This document shows positions 1 to 8,031 of a stretch of DNA of 24,000 nucleotides, in pieces. The notes beneath the pieces are model-generated. The model saw nothing but the letters and a program-made list of their open reading frames with translations, had not been told where the DNA came from and did no database searches. The position numbers and the translations under genes were made by a program. Origin of the DNA: Mycobacterium sp. 1274761.0 (GTDB lineage: Bacteria; Actinomycetota; Actinomycetes; Mycobacteriales; Mycobacteriaceae); the NCBI RefSeq assembly GCF_001668615.1, contig NZ_LZMC01000102.1:99815-123814 (forward strand), read 5' to 3'. The stretch's first letter is position 1; the number at the start of each line of letters is the position of its first letter.

Positions 1-1
1 A

Positions 2-403
2 CCTCACACCTTCAGCTCTCGCTTCGATCCGTTCGATGAAAGCCTCGTCCGCATCGAGAACCGGCTCGCCGCGCTTATCCCGCCACCCCTGCGCAGAATC
101 CCGATCCTGATCGGCGGCACGGGGCCGAAGCGCTCGCTGCCCGCCGTTGCGAGGCACGCCGACATCTGGCACGCGTTCCAGGATCTCGACGCTTTTCGAA
201 GGTCGAGCGACCGCGTCGTCGATTGGCGGCGACATTCGGCCGCAACGGTGCCGACATCGAGCGCTCGACGCTCTGGGAGAACGCGCAGAGCGCCGACGCC
301 TTCCGCGAAGCAGGTGTCACACTATTCCAGGTCGAGCTCACGTCCGACGACGGCTACTACGTCACCTCTCAAACAGGTGATCACTTGGCGGGACAACGGG
401 TGA
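2..403 (+). pseudogene. LLM-class (luciferase-like, probably F420-dependent) oxidoreductase, 3' portion entering from upstream of the window; reading frame apparently broken twice
   Basis: Frame 2 (2-222) reads ...PILIGGTGPKRSLPAVARHADIWHAFQDLDAFRRSSDRVVD, typical of LLM oxidoreductases. The expected continuation LAATFGRNGADIERSTLWENAQSADAFREAGVTLFQVELTSDDGYY lies in frame 1 (223-~360). A family-like C-terminus ...PLKQVITWRDNG* returns to frame 2 (stop 401-403). Frame 1 otherwise runs to 627, deep into the convergent membrane-protein gene. Confidence 0.55.
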
Positions 404-449
404 CGACGACGCAGTTGTCGAAAGACGTTGTGGCAGTGGTTCGAGTCGG

Positions 450-1193
450 TCAACTACGCGCGACCAGAACCGCCTCGTCGACATGCCGTCGCCGACGCTC
501 CCACGGCCAGGTCATCAAGGCCCACACCACCAAAACAATCACCATTTCGGCTAGCACATATATCGGCCAGGGCCCCAAGATGTCGAGTGCTGACGCGGTG
601 GCTGGCTTTCTGTTCAGGTATCCGTAGTTCGTGCCCGCAATCACGTTGAAGACGAAGGTGAATGCCACCCACCCGAGGGTCACGAGTACGGCGAAGCGGT
701 AGTCGCGCCATCGCGGCCGGTTCCGCTGACCCCAGGTGAGATATATCGCCGACCACACGACCAGCACGTGCAGCGTGAAGAACGTCAGGAAGAGGTGGCT
801 CGGGAAGTCGGGTGCCCCCTCCTGCGGTGTCCCGATGTCGGGTGTGATCAACGCCTGGGAGCTCAGCAGCAGACCCCAGTAGTAGGCGAGCGCGAAGGCC
901 CAATGCCGTTGCGACCACAACGCATAGGCCGCCGTGACTTCGGCGATGTCGCACAGCTGCAGCGGTATGGAGGTCTGAATGTCGAAACGGATCAGCTTGT
1001 ACACCAAAGCCACAACGAAAGCGGCCACAATGGCCACCGCCAGGACACGGGCGAGAATGCGGGCTTGCGACGGGTCCTGCCGTCGTCCGACCACGATGAG
1101 AAGTGCGGCGCCGACGACGAAGATCGCCAGCACTACAAGGTGCGATGGACCGTAAGCCACGAATTCCCGCTGCGCAGAGACCATCTCGATCAA
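450..1193 (-). CDS. integral membrane protein, YwaF/TIGR02206 (TMEM164-like) family
   Basis: 247-aa ORF with multiple hydrophobic helices. Motifs IPLQLCDIAEV and GTNYGYLNRKP...LGPWPIY match my recollection of this family. The TTG start at 1193 overlaps the upstream stop (TTGA). An alternative ATG at 1184 is preceded by GGGAG. Confidence 0.75.
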   Translation of the reverse strand: MIEMVSAQREFVAYGPSHLVVLAIFVVGAALLIVVGRRQDPSQARILARVLAVAIVAAFVVALVYKLIRFDIQTSIPLQLCDIAEVTAAYALWSQRHWAFALAYYWGLLLSSQALITPDIGTPQEGAPDFPSHLFLTFFTLHVLVVWSAIYLTWGQRNRPRWRDYRFAVLVTLGWVAFTFVFNVIAGTNYGYLNRKPATASALDILGPWPIYVLAEMVIVLVVWALMTWPWERRRRHVDEAVLVARS

Positions 1194-2563
1194 CTCCCGT
1201 TCCCGCCGACTCCGACGGCCTTCTCCAGGTCGGCCAACGAGTCCTCGAGGTGGACCAGAAGCCTCTGCAGATGTGGCACGCTGCGGCGGCAGCCCACCAA
1301 GCCGAAGTCGAGGTTGTCGGCGTTGTTGGTCAGCGTGATGTTGAGCGCCTGGCCGTCGAGGGCGATCGACAGCGGGTAAGCGCCGTCGAGGCGGGCCCCT
1401 CGCCAGTACAGCGGCTCACGTGCACCGGGCACGTTGGAAATCACGATATTGAACGGCGGCGGCGCCGATGCGACGAAGCCGGGCACCAGCGCCAGGGCGA
1501 TGCCCGACATCAAAAATGCCGACAGTGCGAGCGCCTGCGTGCGCGGCAGCTCGGCGAAGACCTTCTTGTTGTCGCGCATCGAGGCGTTGATCGCCTCGAG
1601 TCGCGCGGCGGGGTCGGTAGCATCGGTGCCAAGGTTGCAGAGGATGGTGCCCACCATGTTGCCGCCCACGTCTTGTTCCGCCTGCGAGCGCAGGCTGACC
1701 GGAACCATCGCCACCAAAGGTGTGGCCGGCAGCGCGTCTTGCTCAATGAGGTAGGCCCGCAGCGCTCCTGAGCACATGGCCAGCACCACGTCGTTGACGG
1801 TGACGCCGGAAGCGGACTTGATGGCGCGGATGCGGCTCAGTGGCCACGACTGTGCGGCCACCCGACGCGCACCCCCGATCGGGACATTGAACATCGTCTT
1901 GGGTGCGCGAAACGGAAGCGTCAGTTGCTGTTCCAGCAGGGCGGCCCGGGCTACCGACAGCGTGGAGGGAGCCAGCGACGCGATCGACCCGACCGCGCCC
2001 GTGAGCGACTGCAGCATCGAGGACCCCGGCTGCTTGCCACCGCGCTTCGGAGCCAGCGCCCATGGCACCCGCACGTCCCCGTCGTCGGGGTCGGTGGTCA
2101 TGGACCGCATCGTCAAGCGCTGCGCGGAGATACCGTCCAGCAGGGAATGGTGGATTTTGGTGTAGATCGCGAACCGTCCGTCGTCGAGGCCCTCGACCAG
2201 GTTCGCCTCCCAGAGAGGCCGGTGCCGGTCGAGAAGGGTGCCGTGCAGCCGCGACGTCAGCTCGAGCAACTCGCGGATGCGCCCGGGACGCGGCAAGGCC
2301 GACCGGCGTAGGTGGTAGTCGATGTCGACGTCGTCGTCGAAGGCCCAGGCGAGGTTGGCGATGCCGCCGAGAAACTTGCCGGGGTGTTTCCTGAACGTCG
2401 GCTGGAACTCGTCGTTCTCGACGATCGTCTCGTGCAACTCACGAACAAAGTCGGGGCCGCTGCCCTCGGGCGGCTCGAAGAGCTGAAGACCTCCGACGTG
2501 CATGGGGTGTTCACGGGATTCGCCCACGAGGAACATCGCATCGGTCGGCGAGATGAACTTCAT
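1190..2563 (-). CDS. WS/DGAT family wax-ester synthase / diacylglycerol O-acyltransferase (Tgs-like)
   Basis: HHxxxDG catalytic motif (IHHSLLDGIS). N-terminus MKFISPTDAMFLVGESREHPMHVGGLQLF and C-terminal ...ITLTNNADNLDFGLVGCRR are typical of mycobacterial Tgs proteins. Start placed at ATG 2563; the ORF-track TTG at 2614 adds 17 unconserved-looking residues. Confidence 0.9.
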   Translation of the reverse strand: MKFISPTDAMFLVGESREHPMHVGGLQLFEPPEGSGPDFVRELHETIVENDEFQPTFRKHPGKFLGGIANLAWAFDDDVDIDYHLRRSALPRPGRIRELLELTSRLHGTLLDRHRPLWEANLVEGLDDGRFAIYTKIHHSLLDGISAQRLTMRSMTTDPDDGDVRVPWALAPKRGGKQPGSSMLQSLTGAVGSIASLAPSTLSVARAALLEQQLTLPFRAPKTMFNVPIGGARRVAAQSWPLSRIRAIKSASGVTVNDVVLAMCSGALRAYLIEQDALPATPLVAMVPVSLRSQAEQDVGGNMVGTILCNLGTDATDPAARLEAINASMRDNKKVFAELPRTQALALSAFLMSGIALALVPGFVASAPPPFNIVISNVPGAREPLYWRGARLDGAYPLSIALDGQALNITLTNNADNLDFGLVGCRRSVPHLQRLLVHLEDSLADLEKAVGVGGNGS

Positions 2564-2719
2564 CGCCCGACGGTACCGCCGATTGACAATGCTTTGCAGC
2601 GAAGATGCCGGCAAAGGGGCGTAGTGTTGAACTAATCAAACCGCGGGGTCGCCGAACTCCTGCGGGTCTCAGGTTCAGCTCCGAGCCGTATTAACAAGCG
2701 GCGCGGCGAAGGGCTGCCT

Positions 2720-3505
2720 ATGACCGAACGATCACGCTCTGAATACTCCGATGTGACGGACATGTTCCGCCACCTCCGCACCTTCAACGCGCAGTCGCCG
2801 GAGTACCGGCACCAGCGGGAACTGATCATCGAGCAGTGCCTACCGCTGGCCAACCACATCGCACGGCGGTTCAGCAGCCGTGGTGAACCGTACGACGATC
2901 TTGTTCAAGTCGCCCGGGTGGGTCTGATGAACGCGGTGAACCGGTTCGACGCAGACAACGGAGCCGAGTTCCTGGCGTTCGCCGTGCCGACCATGATGGG
3001 AGAGGTGCGCAGGCATTTTCGCGATCACGGTTGGTCGGTGAAGGTTTCGCGGCGGCTAAAAGAGCTCAACGCGCAGCTCCGCAAGGCCCGCGAGGAGCTC
3101 TCTCAACAGCTCAACCGCGCCCCGACCTCCAGCGAACTTGCCACTCACCTCGGTGTCGACAGAGAAGAGATCGTGCAGGCATTGATCGCATCGAGCGCCT
3201 ACAGCACCTTGTCGTCGGATGCACCGCTCGGAGCGGACGATGACTCCGAAAGAAAAACGGTCTCAGGCACTTTCGGCGATGTCGACGCCAACTATGAGAA
3301 GGTTCTCGACGTCGAAACCGTCCGCCCGCTGATCGCGGCCTTGCCCGAACGTCAGCAGCTCGTGCTCCGACTTCGGTTCTTCGAGAACATGACCCAGACC
3401 CAGATCGGGGAACGGCTCGGCATCTCCCAGATGCATGTGTCGCGACTGCTGTCGCGATCGTTGGCGACGTTGCGCAGACAAGCCCTGGTACCCGAGCCGG
3501 TCTGA
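2720..3505 (+). CDS. SigF/SigB-type (group 3) RNA polymerase sigma factor, SigF paralogue
   Basis: 261 aa, colinear with M. tuberculosis SigF as I recall it: CLPLANHIARRF, DDLVQVARVGLMNAVNRFD, FAVPTMMGEVRRHFRD..WSVKVSRRLKEL, MTQTQIGERLGISQMHVSRLL. It is clearly more diverged than an ortholog, and no usfX/rsbW gene lies upstream. Confidence 0.9.
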   Translation: MTERSRSEYSDVTDMFRHLRTFNAQSPEYRHQRELIIEQCLPLANHIARRFSSRGEPYDDLVQVARVGLMNAVNRFDADNGAEFLAFAVPTMMGEVRRHFRDHGWSVKVSRRLKELNAQLRKAREELSQQLNRAPTSSELATHLGVDREEIVQALIASSAYSTLSSDAPLGADDDSERKTVSGTFGDVDANYEKVLDVETVRPLIAALPERQQLVLRLRFFENMTQTQIGERLGISQMHVSRLLSRSLATLRRQALVPEPV

Positions 3506-3581
3506 TCTGCGTCGCTAACAATTCGGGTTCGGTCCTGTCACGGGCGGTGTCGGAGACGATCCGTTGTGAAGAATCGATGGG

Positions 3582-3968
3582 ATGGTGCCGCTGCTGCTGA
3601 TCGCGACTGTGGCGGTCGCGTCCGCATCTCTCGGGTGGGCGCTGGCAAGCCGGAGGCAGCGACGAGCACGCGGTCCCTTTCTGCTCGGCTTCTGCTGCGG
3701 GGTGATCGCGGGCGGGATCCTGCGAAAAAGGTTCCGCCGCATGGCACTCGTCGACGGCGTGCGGGCGATGGTCGCCCGCCGCGGGCTTCGCGTCAGCTGG
3801 CAGAGCCTGCCGAAACACTGCTGGCGCGGTGGCCATGTGATAGGCAATGACCGTGAATCGTGGTCGAAGCCATCAGCCGGAATCCGAAACCGGCACGGAC
3901 GGACTTGCCGCGGGCATTCTGGACAAGGCGCTGCTTGGCGGTCCGCCCCAGCGCGTCGGGCGATTTGA
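3582..3968 (+). CDS. hypothetical small membrane protein (two predicted TM segments)
   Basis: ATG ORF. The first ~88 codons have GC3 of about 77% and two hydrophobic stretches (LLLIATVAVASASLGWAL, FLLGFCCGVIAGGIL). The last ~40 codons overlap the PAS-ANTAR gene and lose the GC3 bias there. No family recognised. Confidence 0.35.
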   Translation: MVPLLLIATVAVASASLGWALASRRQRRARGPFLLGFCCGVIAGGILRKRFRRMALVDGVRAMVARRGLRVSWQSLPKHCWRGGHVIGNDRESWSKPSAGIRNRHGRTCRGHSGQGAAWRSAPARRAI

Positions 3969-4545
3969 GTACAACTACAACACCGATACCTGGACGTGGT
4001 CCGACGCGGTTGCCCGGATGCACGGCTATGAGCCCGGTGAGGTCCAGCCGACCACCGAACTCGTTCTGAGCCACAAGCACCCTGACGACCTCGCCGAGGT
4101 GAAGGCGCTACTGAAACGCTCGTCGGCGCCGTTCAGCAGCCGCCATCGGATCCGGACGACGTCGGGTGAGATCCGCCGCGTGGTGGTCGTCGGCGAGATT
4201 GTCACCAACGACACCGGCGACGTCAGTGCGACGCGCGGGTTTTATGTCGATGTCACCGAGGCGTTCAGGGACGACGTTCAGGACGAGCTCGGTGATGAGC
4301 TCGACGCTATCGTCGCCCATCGCGCGGTCATCGAGCAGGCCAAGGGCATGCTCATGCTGCTCTACCACATCAGCCCCGACGCCGCCTTCGACATACTGCG
4401 GTGGCGCTCTCAAGAGACGAATATGAAGCTCAATGCCATCGCGACCGAGGTGGCCACCACGCTGCCGTCACTGGTCGACACGCCCAACGCAATGCGGGGA
4501 CCGGTCGACCACTTCTTGATGACCCTGGCGGGGCCTGACTCTTAG
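3847..4545 (+). CDS. PAS and ANTAR domain-containing RNA-binding (antitermination-type) regulator
   Basis: N-terminal PAS-like segment (GRFEYNYNTDTWTWSDAVARMHGYEPGE...HPDD...RHRIRTTSGEIRRVVVVGE). C-terminal canonical ANTAR (HRAVIEQAKGMLMLLYHISPDAAFDILRWRSQETNMKLNAIA). An in-frame stop at 3841-3843 fixes the start at ATG 3847 or GTG 3853. Confidence 0.85.
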   Translation: MTVNRGRSHQPESETGTDGLAAGILDKALLGGPPQRVGRFEYNYNTDTWTWSDAVARMHGYEPGEVQPTTELVLSHKHPDDLAEVKALLKRSSAPFSSRHRIRTTSGEIRRVVVVGEIVTNDTGDVSATRGFYVDVTEAFRDDVQDELGDELDAIVAHRAVIEQAKGMLMLLYHISPDAAFDILRWRSQETNMKLNAIATEVATTLPSLVDTPNAMRGPVDHFLMTLAGPDS

Positions 4546-4586
4546 CGGTTGGAAGACAACAACGAGATCCGCCCGGACCGTGACTA

Positions 4587-4823
4587 TCAGGTGGTCGCCG
4601 TCGTGCTGGTGCCGTTGTCGCAGGTGATCCTCCCGTTCCAGTCGCGGAACTGCGGGGCGGCCCGAACGATCGTCAGGTCGTACTCCCAGTTGGCGGGCAG
4701 CGCGAAGGGCTGCCACTCGTTGGTGCCGGGTCCGTGCGAATAATGCTCATGGTTGTGCGCAGCGCTTGACCAGGTAGTCGCCACGAAGGCGGAATCCGGA
4801 GACAAAACGGCACGGTTTTTCAT
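4587..4823 (-). CDS. hypothetical small protein (His-rich N-terminal part); possibly a gene remnant
   Basis: The 3' two-thirds (...SHGPGTNEWQPFALPANWEYDLTIVRAAPQFRDWNGRITCDNGTSTTATT*) has very high GC3, suggesting genuine coding. The 5' third has poor GC3, so the start is uncertain (ATG 4823 or GTG 4784). No family recognised. Confidence 0.35.
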   Translation of the reverse strand: MKNRAVLSPDSAFVATTWSSAAHNHEHYSHGPGTNEWQPFALPANWEYDLTIVRAAPQFRDWNGRITCDNGTSTTATT

Positions 4824-4838
4824 CGGTCAGGCAAGTTT

Positions 4839-4875
4839 GCGGGGCCCACGGAACGGCCCCGTTTACCCTGGGGGC
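4839..4875 (+). promoter_or_regulatory. candidate mutually exclusive hairpins in the ponA2 leader, overlapping the ribosome-binding region
   Basis: Hairpin 1: CGGGGCC (4840-4846) pairs with GGCCCCG (4855-4861) across an 8-nt loop, followed by TTTA. Alternatively GCCCC (4856-4860) pairs with GGGGC (4871-4875), directly upstream of ATG 4876. Confidence 0.25.
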
Positions 4876-7332
4876 ATGCCGGAGCCTCAACCGGTCCTGG
4901 GGGTTGTTCGCAAGTTGGCAGGTTGCTGCCTGCTGGCGGGCGTCCTCGTGGCCGCCTTCATGTTCCCGGTCGTCGGCAGCATCGGGCTGTTCTCGAACCG
5001 CGCCTCCGAAGTCGTCGCCGGCGGCTCCGCGCAACTTCTCGAGGGCGAAGTCCCGCAGGTCACGACCATGGTCGACGCCGCGGGGACCCCCATTGCCTGG
5101 CTGTACACGCAGCGCCGTTGGGAGGTGCCGACCGACCAGATCGCCAACACCATGAAGCTGGCGATCGTCTCGATCGAGGACAAGCGGTTCACCGAGCACA
5201 GTGGGGTGGACTGGCAGGGCACGATGACCGGCGTGTCGGGCTACTTGTCGGGCAACATCGCCACCCGCGGCGGCTCGACCATCGAGCAGCAATACGTGAA
5301 GAACTATCAGCTGCTGGTGACGGCGCAGACCGACGCCGAAAGGCGGGCGGCTACCGCCCTGACGCCGGCGCGCAAGCTGCGGGAAATACGGATGGCGCTG
5401 ACGCTGGACAAGTCACTGCCAAAGTCGGAGATCCTGACCCGGTACCTCAACCTGGTGTTTTTCGGCAACGGCGCATTCGGCATTCAGGATGCCGCGCAGA
5501 CGTACTTCGGCGTCGACGCCTCCCGGCTGAACTGGCAGCAGGCCGCGCTGCTGGCGGGAATGGTGCGCTCCACGAGTGAGCTCGACCCCTACACCCATCC
5601 CGAGGCCGCACTGGAGCGGCGAAACGTCGTGTTGGACACGATGATCGAGAATATTCCGGACCAAGCTGACGCGTTGCGCGCCGCCAAGGCCGCGCCGCTG
5701 GGCGTACTCCCCCAGCCGAAGCAACTTCCGTCCGGGTGCATCTCGGCCCGCGACAACGGGTTCTTCTGCGACTACGTGCTCGACTACCTCTCCCACTCCG
5801 GCATCAGCCGTGAACAGGTTGCCCGCGGCGGGTACCTGATCCGCACCACGTTGGATCCCAAGGTGCAGGCTTCCGTCAAATCGGCGATCAATAAATTCGC
5901 GAGCCCGACGCTCGACGGAATAGCCAGCGTGATGAACGTGATCAAGCCCGGCAAGGACAGCCATCGGGTCCTGGCGATGGCGAGCAACCGGGCGTACGGC
6001 CTCAACGGCGATGCGTATGAGACGGTGCAGCAGCAGCCGTTTTCCCTGGTCGGCGACGGCGGCGGGTCGGTGTTCAAAGTCTTCACGACCGCTGCCGCGC
6101 TCGATATGGGTATGGGCATCAATGCTCAGTTGCAGGTGCCTGGATTTTTTCAGGCCAAAGGGATGGGCAGCAGCGATACCCCGGGCTGCCCCAAGGAGAC
6201 CTGGTGTGTGAAGAACGCGGGCAACTACCGCGGGTCGATGAATGTCACCGATGCTCTGGCGACCTCGCCGAACACTGCGTTCGCGAAGTTGATCCAACAG
6301 GTGGGCGTGCCGCGCGCGGTGGATATGGCGGTCCGGCTGGGTCTGCGGTCCTACGCCGTTCCCGGAACGGCGCGGGCCTACGACCCGGGCAGCAACGAAA
6401 GCCTGGCCGACTTCATAAAGCGACAGAACACCGGCTCGTTCACGCTGGGCCCCTACCAGTTCAATGCACTCGAGCTGGCCAACGTTGCGGCGACTCTGGC
6501 CTCCGGCGGCGTGTGGTGCCCGCCCACCCCGATCGACAAGATCTTCGATCGCCACGGAAAGGAAATATCGTTCGAGAATCAGCCGTGTGACCAGGCAGTC
6601 CCCGAAGGGCTCGCCAACACGTTCGCCAACGCGCTGAGCAAAGACAGCCAGAGCCCAGGCACCGCGGCCGGCGCCGCCAGCTCGGCGGGCTGGAACCTGC
6701 CGGTGTCGGCCAAGACCGGTACCACCGAATCCCACCGATCATCGGCGTTCCTCGGCTTCACGAACCAATACGCGGGGGCCAACTACATCTTCGCCGATAA
6801 CAGCGACCCGTCCGGAATCTGCTCATTCCCCTTGCGCGTCTGCGGCAATGGCGACCTGTACGGCGGCAACGAACCCGCGCGCACTTGGTTCGAAGCGATG
6901 AAGCCGATCGCCAACGACTTCGGCGAAATCCACCTTCCGCCAACGGATCCGATCTATGTCGACGGTGCGCCGGGCGGCCGGGTGCCGAATGTATCGGGGC
7001 TCAAACTGGATGAGGCGCGTCAGCGTCTCAAGGACGCGGGCTTCCAGGTCGCCGACCAGACCTCATGGGTGAACAGTGGAGCGTCTAGCGGCACGGTTGT
7101 CGGGACCAACCCGAGTGGTCAAACCTTCCCGGGGTCGATAATCACGATCAACGTCAGCAACGGGGTACCGCCCGCACCGCCTCCCGTCGAGCGCGCGCCG
7201 GAACCACCACCCGGAGGTCCCCCGCCCGAGGTAGGTACCACGGTGGTGGAGATTCCCGGCCTGCCGCCGATCACCGTCCCGCTGCTGGGACCGCCGCCGG
7301 CCGGGCCGGAAGAACCACCGCCGCCGCCGTGA
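4876..7332 (+). CDS. ponA2: class A penicillin-binding protein (glycosyltransferase + transpeptidase) with C-terminal PASTA domain and Pro-rich tail, PonA2-like
   Basis: Colinear with M. tuberculosis PonA2 as I recall it: KLAGCCLLA signal-anchor, GT51 motifs SIEDKRF and RGGSTIEQQYVKN, transpeptidase SVFKVF (SxxK), SPN and KTGTT, then a PASTA-like segment (VPNVSGLKLDEARQRLKDAGFQV). Start set at ATG 4876; the ORF-track start at 4753 adds a non-homologous extension. Confidence 0.9.
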   Translation: MPEPQPVLGVVRKLAGCCLLAGVLVAAFMFPVVGSIGLFSNRASEVVAGGSAQLLEGEVPQVTTMVDAAGTPIAWLYTQRRWEVPTDQIANTMKLAIVSIEDKRFTEHSGVDWQGTMTGVSGYLSGNIATRGGSTIEQQYVKNYQLLVTAQTDAERRAATALTPARKLREIRMALTLDKSLPKSEILTRYLNLVFFGNGAFGIQDAAQTYFGVDASRLNWQQAALLAGMVRSTSELDPYTHPEAALERRNVVLDTMIENIPDQADALRAAKAAPLGVLPQPKQLPSGCISARDNGFFCDYVLDYLSHSGISREQVARGGYLIRTTLDPKVQASVKSAINKFASPTLDGIASVMNVIKPGKDSHRVLAMASNRAYGLNGDAYETVQQQPFSLVGDGGGSVFKVFTTAAALDMGMGINAQLQVPGFFQAKGMGSSDTPGCPKETWCVKNAGNYRGSMNVTDALATSPNTAFAKLIQQVGVPRAVDMAVRLGLRSYAVPGTARAYDPGSNESLADFIKRQNTGSFTLGPYQFNALELANVAATLASGGVWCPPTPIDKIFDRHGKEISFENQPCDQAVPEGLANTFANALSKDSQSPGTAAGAASSAGWNLPVSAKTGTTESHRSSAFLGFTNQYAGANYIFADNSDPSGICSFPLRVCGNGDLYGGNEPARTWFEAMKPIANDFGEIHLPPTDPIYVDGAPGGRVPNVSGLKLDEARQRLKDAGFQVADQTSWVNSGASSGTVVGTNPSGQTFPGSIITINVSNGVPPAPPPVERAPEPPPGGPPPEVGTTVVEIPGLPPITVPLLGPPPAGPEEPPPPP

Positions 7333-7364
7333 CCCGCGGGCCGGTCACCCCGCGGGCCGGTCAC
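7333..7364. repeat. perfect tandem duplication of a 16-nt GC-rich unit (CCCGCGGGCCGGTCAC x2) between convergent genes; possible bidirectional terminator
   Basis: Units occupy 7333-7348 and 7349-7364. Each contains the self-complementary octamer CCCGCGGG, so the two copies can form an 8-bp all-GC stem with an 8-nt loop. The array starts directly after the ponA2 stop (7330-7332) and contains the complement of the L,D-transpeptidase stop (7361-7363). Confidence 0.6.
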
Positions 7365-8017
7365 GATGCCGATGCGGCCGCGGTCGGCGTCCCCACGCCG
7401 ATGGTGATGCGCGGGGACGCGGCAGGGTTGAGCCACTTCAACAGGGAACGCATCTCGTCGCGGCCGACGGCCACGCACCCCCAGGTCGGGCTGCCATCGG
7501 TCACGTGCAGGAAGATCCCCGACACCCGTCCCGGTATGCGCTGGGGGTTCACCGCAATGTTGACCGCGTAGTCGTACACGGGACCGGAGTCGTAGAGGTT
7601 CTCCGCGATTGACGAGGGGCTGCGCGAGCCGCGTACATGAGTGTTATAGGTGGGCGATCCGGCCTCCTCGTCCCACCAGTCCTGGTTCGTCGCCTGGAAG
7701 TACGGCATCGCGGTGCCCGGATTGGGTTGACGTCCAAAGGCTTGATCGAATGCGAACGTTCCCACGGGAGTCCGGTGGACGCCATCAGCGGGTGCGCCGA
7801 CGCCGAGCTCGCCGACCTTGGCGACCGTCGGTCCCAGGACCACCTTCCACTGCTGGCCGGCCCGCTGGAAGGCGGTGAGCGTTCCCGTGGTCGCGTTGGC
7901 CTTCGGAACGCCGACGACAATCCACTGCGCGGCTTGGCCTGCGCTGGCCGCAGGGTCCGCCGTTGCCGGCACAGCCAGCGCCAGGCTCAGCAGCGCCACC
8001 AGTGCTGAGAGCCTCAC
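7361..8017 (-). CDS. secreted L,D-transpeptidase family protein (YkuD-like catalytic domain, COG3786-type)
   Basis: Signal peptide VRLSALVALLSLALAVPATA. Catalytic motif IFLHVTDGSPTWGCVAV (His...Gly-Cys). TPVGTFAFDQAFG and WWDEEAGSPTYN are typical of this family. GTG start at 8017 chosen because the region upstream of it is better explained by the ANTAR ORF in another frame. Confidence 0.8.
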   Translation of the reverse strand: MRLSALVALLSLALAVPATADPAASAGQAAQWIVVGVPKANATTGTLTAFQRAGQQWKVVLGPTVAKVGELGVGAPADGVHRTPVGTFAFDQAFGRQPNPGTAMPYFQATNQDWWDEEAGSPTYNTHVRGSRSPSSIAENLYDSGPVYDYAVNIAVNPQRIPGRVSGIFLHVTDGSPTWGCVAVGRDEMRSLLKWLNPAASPRITIGVGTPTAAASAS

Positions 8018-8031
8018 CTCGCCAGGCACTT

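Noticed and set aside
3111-3836. 241-aa minus-strand ORF spanning the sigma 3' end and the downstream region
   Set aside because: The sequence is extremely Arg/Ala/Pro-rich, overlaps the sigma gene antisense, and has no family resemblance.
5413-6735. 440-aa minus-strand ORF, plus 4747-5292 and other minus ORFs inside ponA2
   Set aside because: They are antisense to the PonA2 gene, whose translation is colinear with a known protein. Their composition is junk-like (R/G/A/V-rich).
7140-7332. Repetitive CCG/CCC-rich stretch
   Set aside because: It is in-frame Pro-rich low-complexity C-terminus of PonA2 (the M. tuberculosis protein has a similar tail), not a DNA repeat element or CRISPR.
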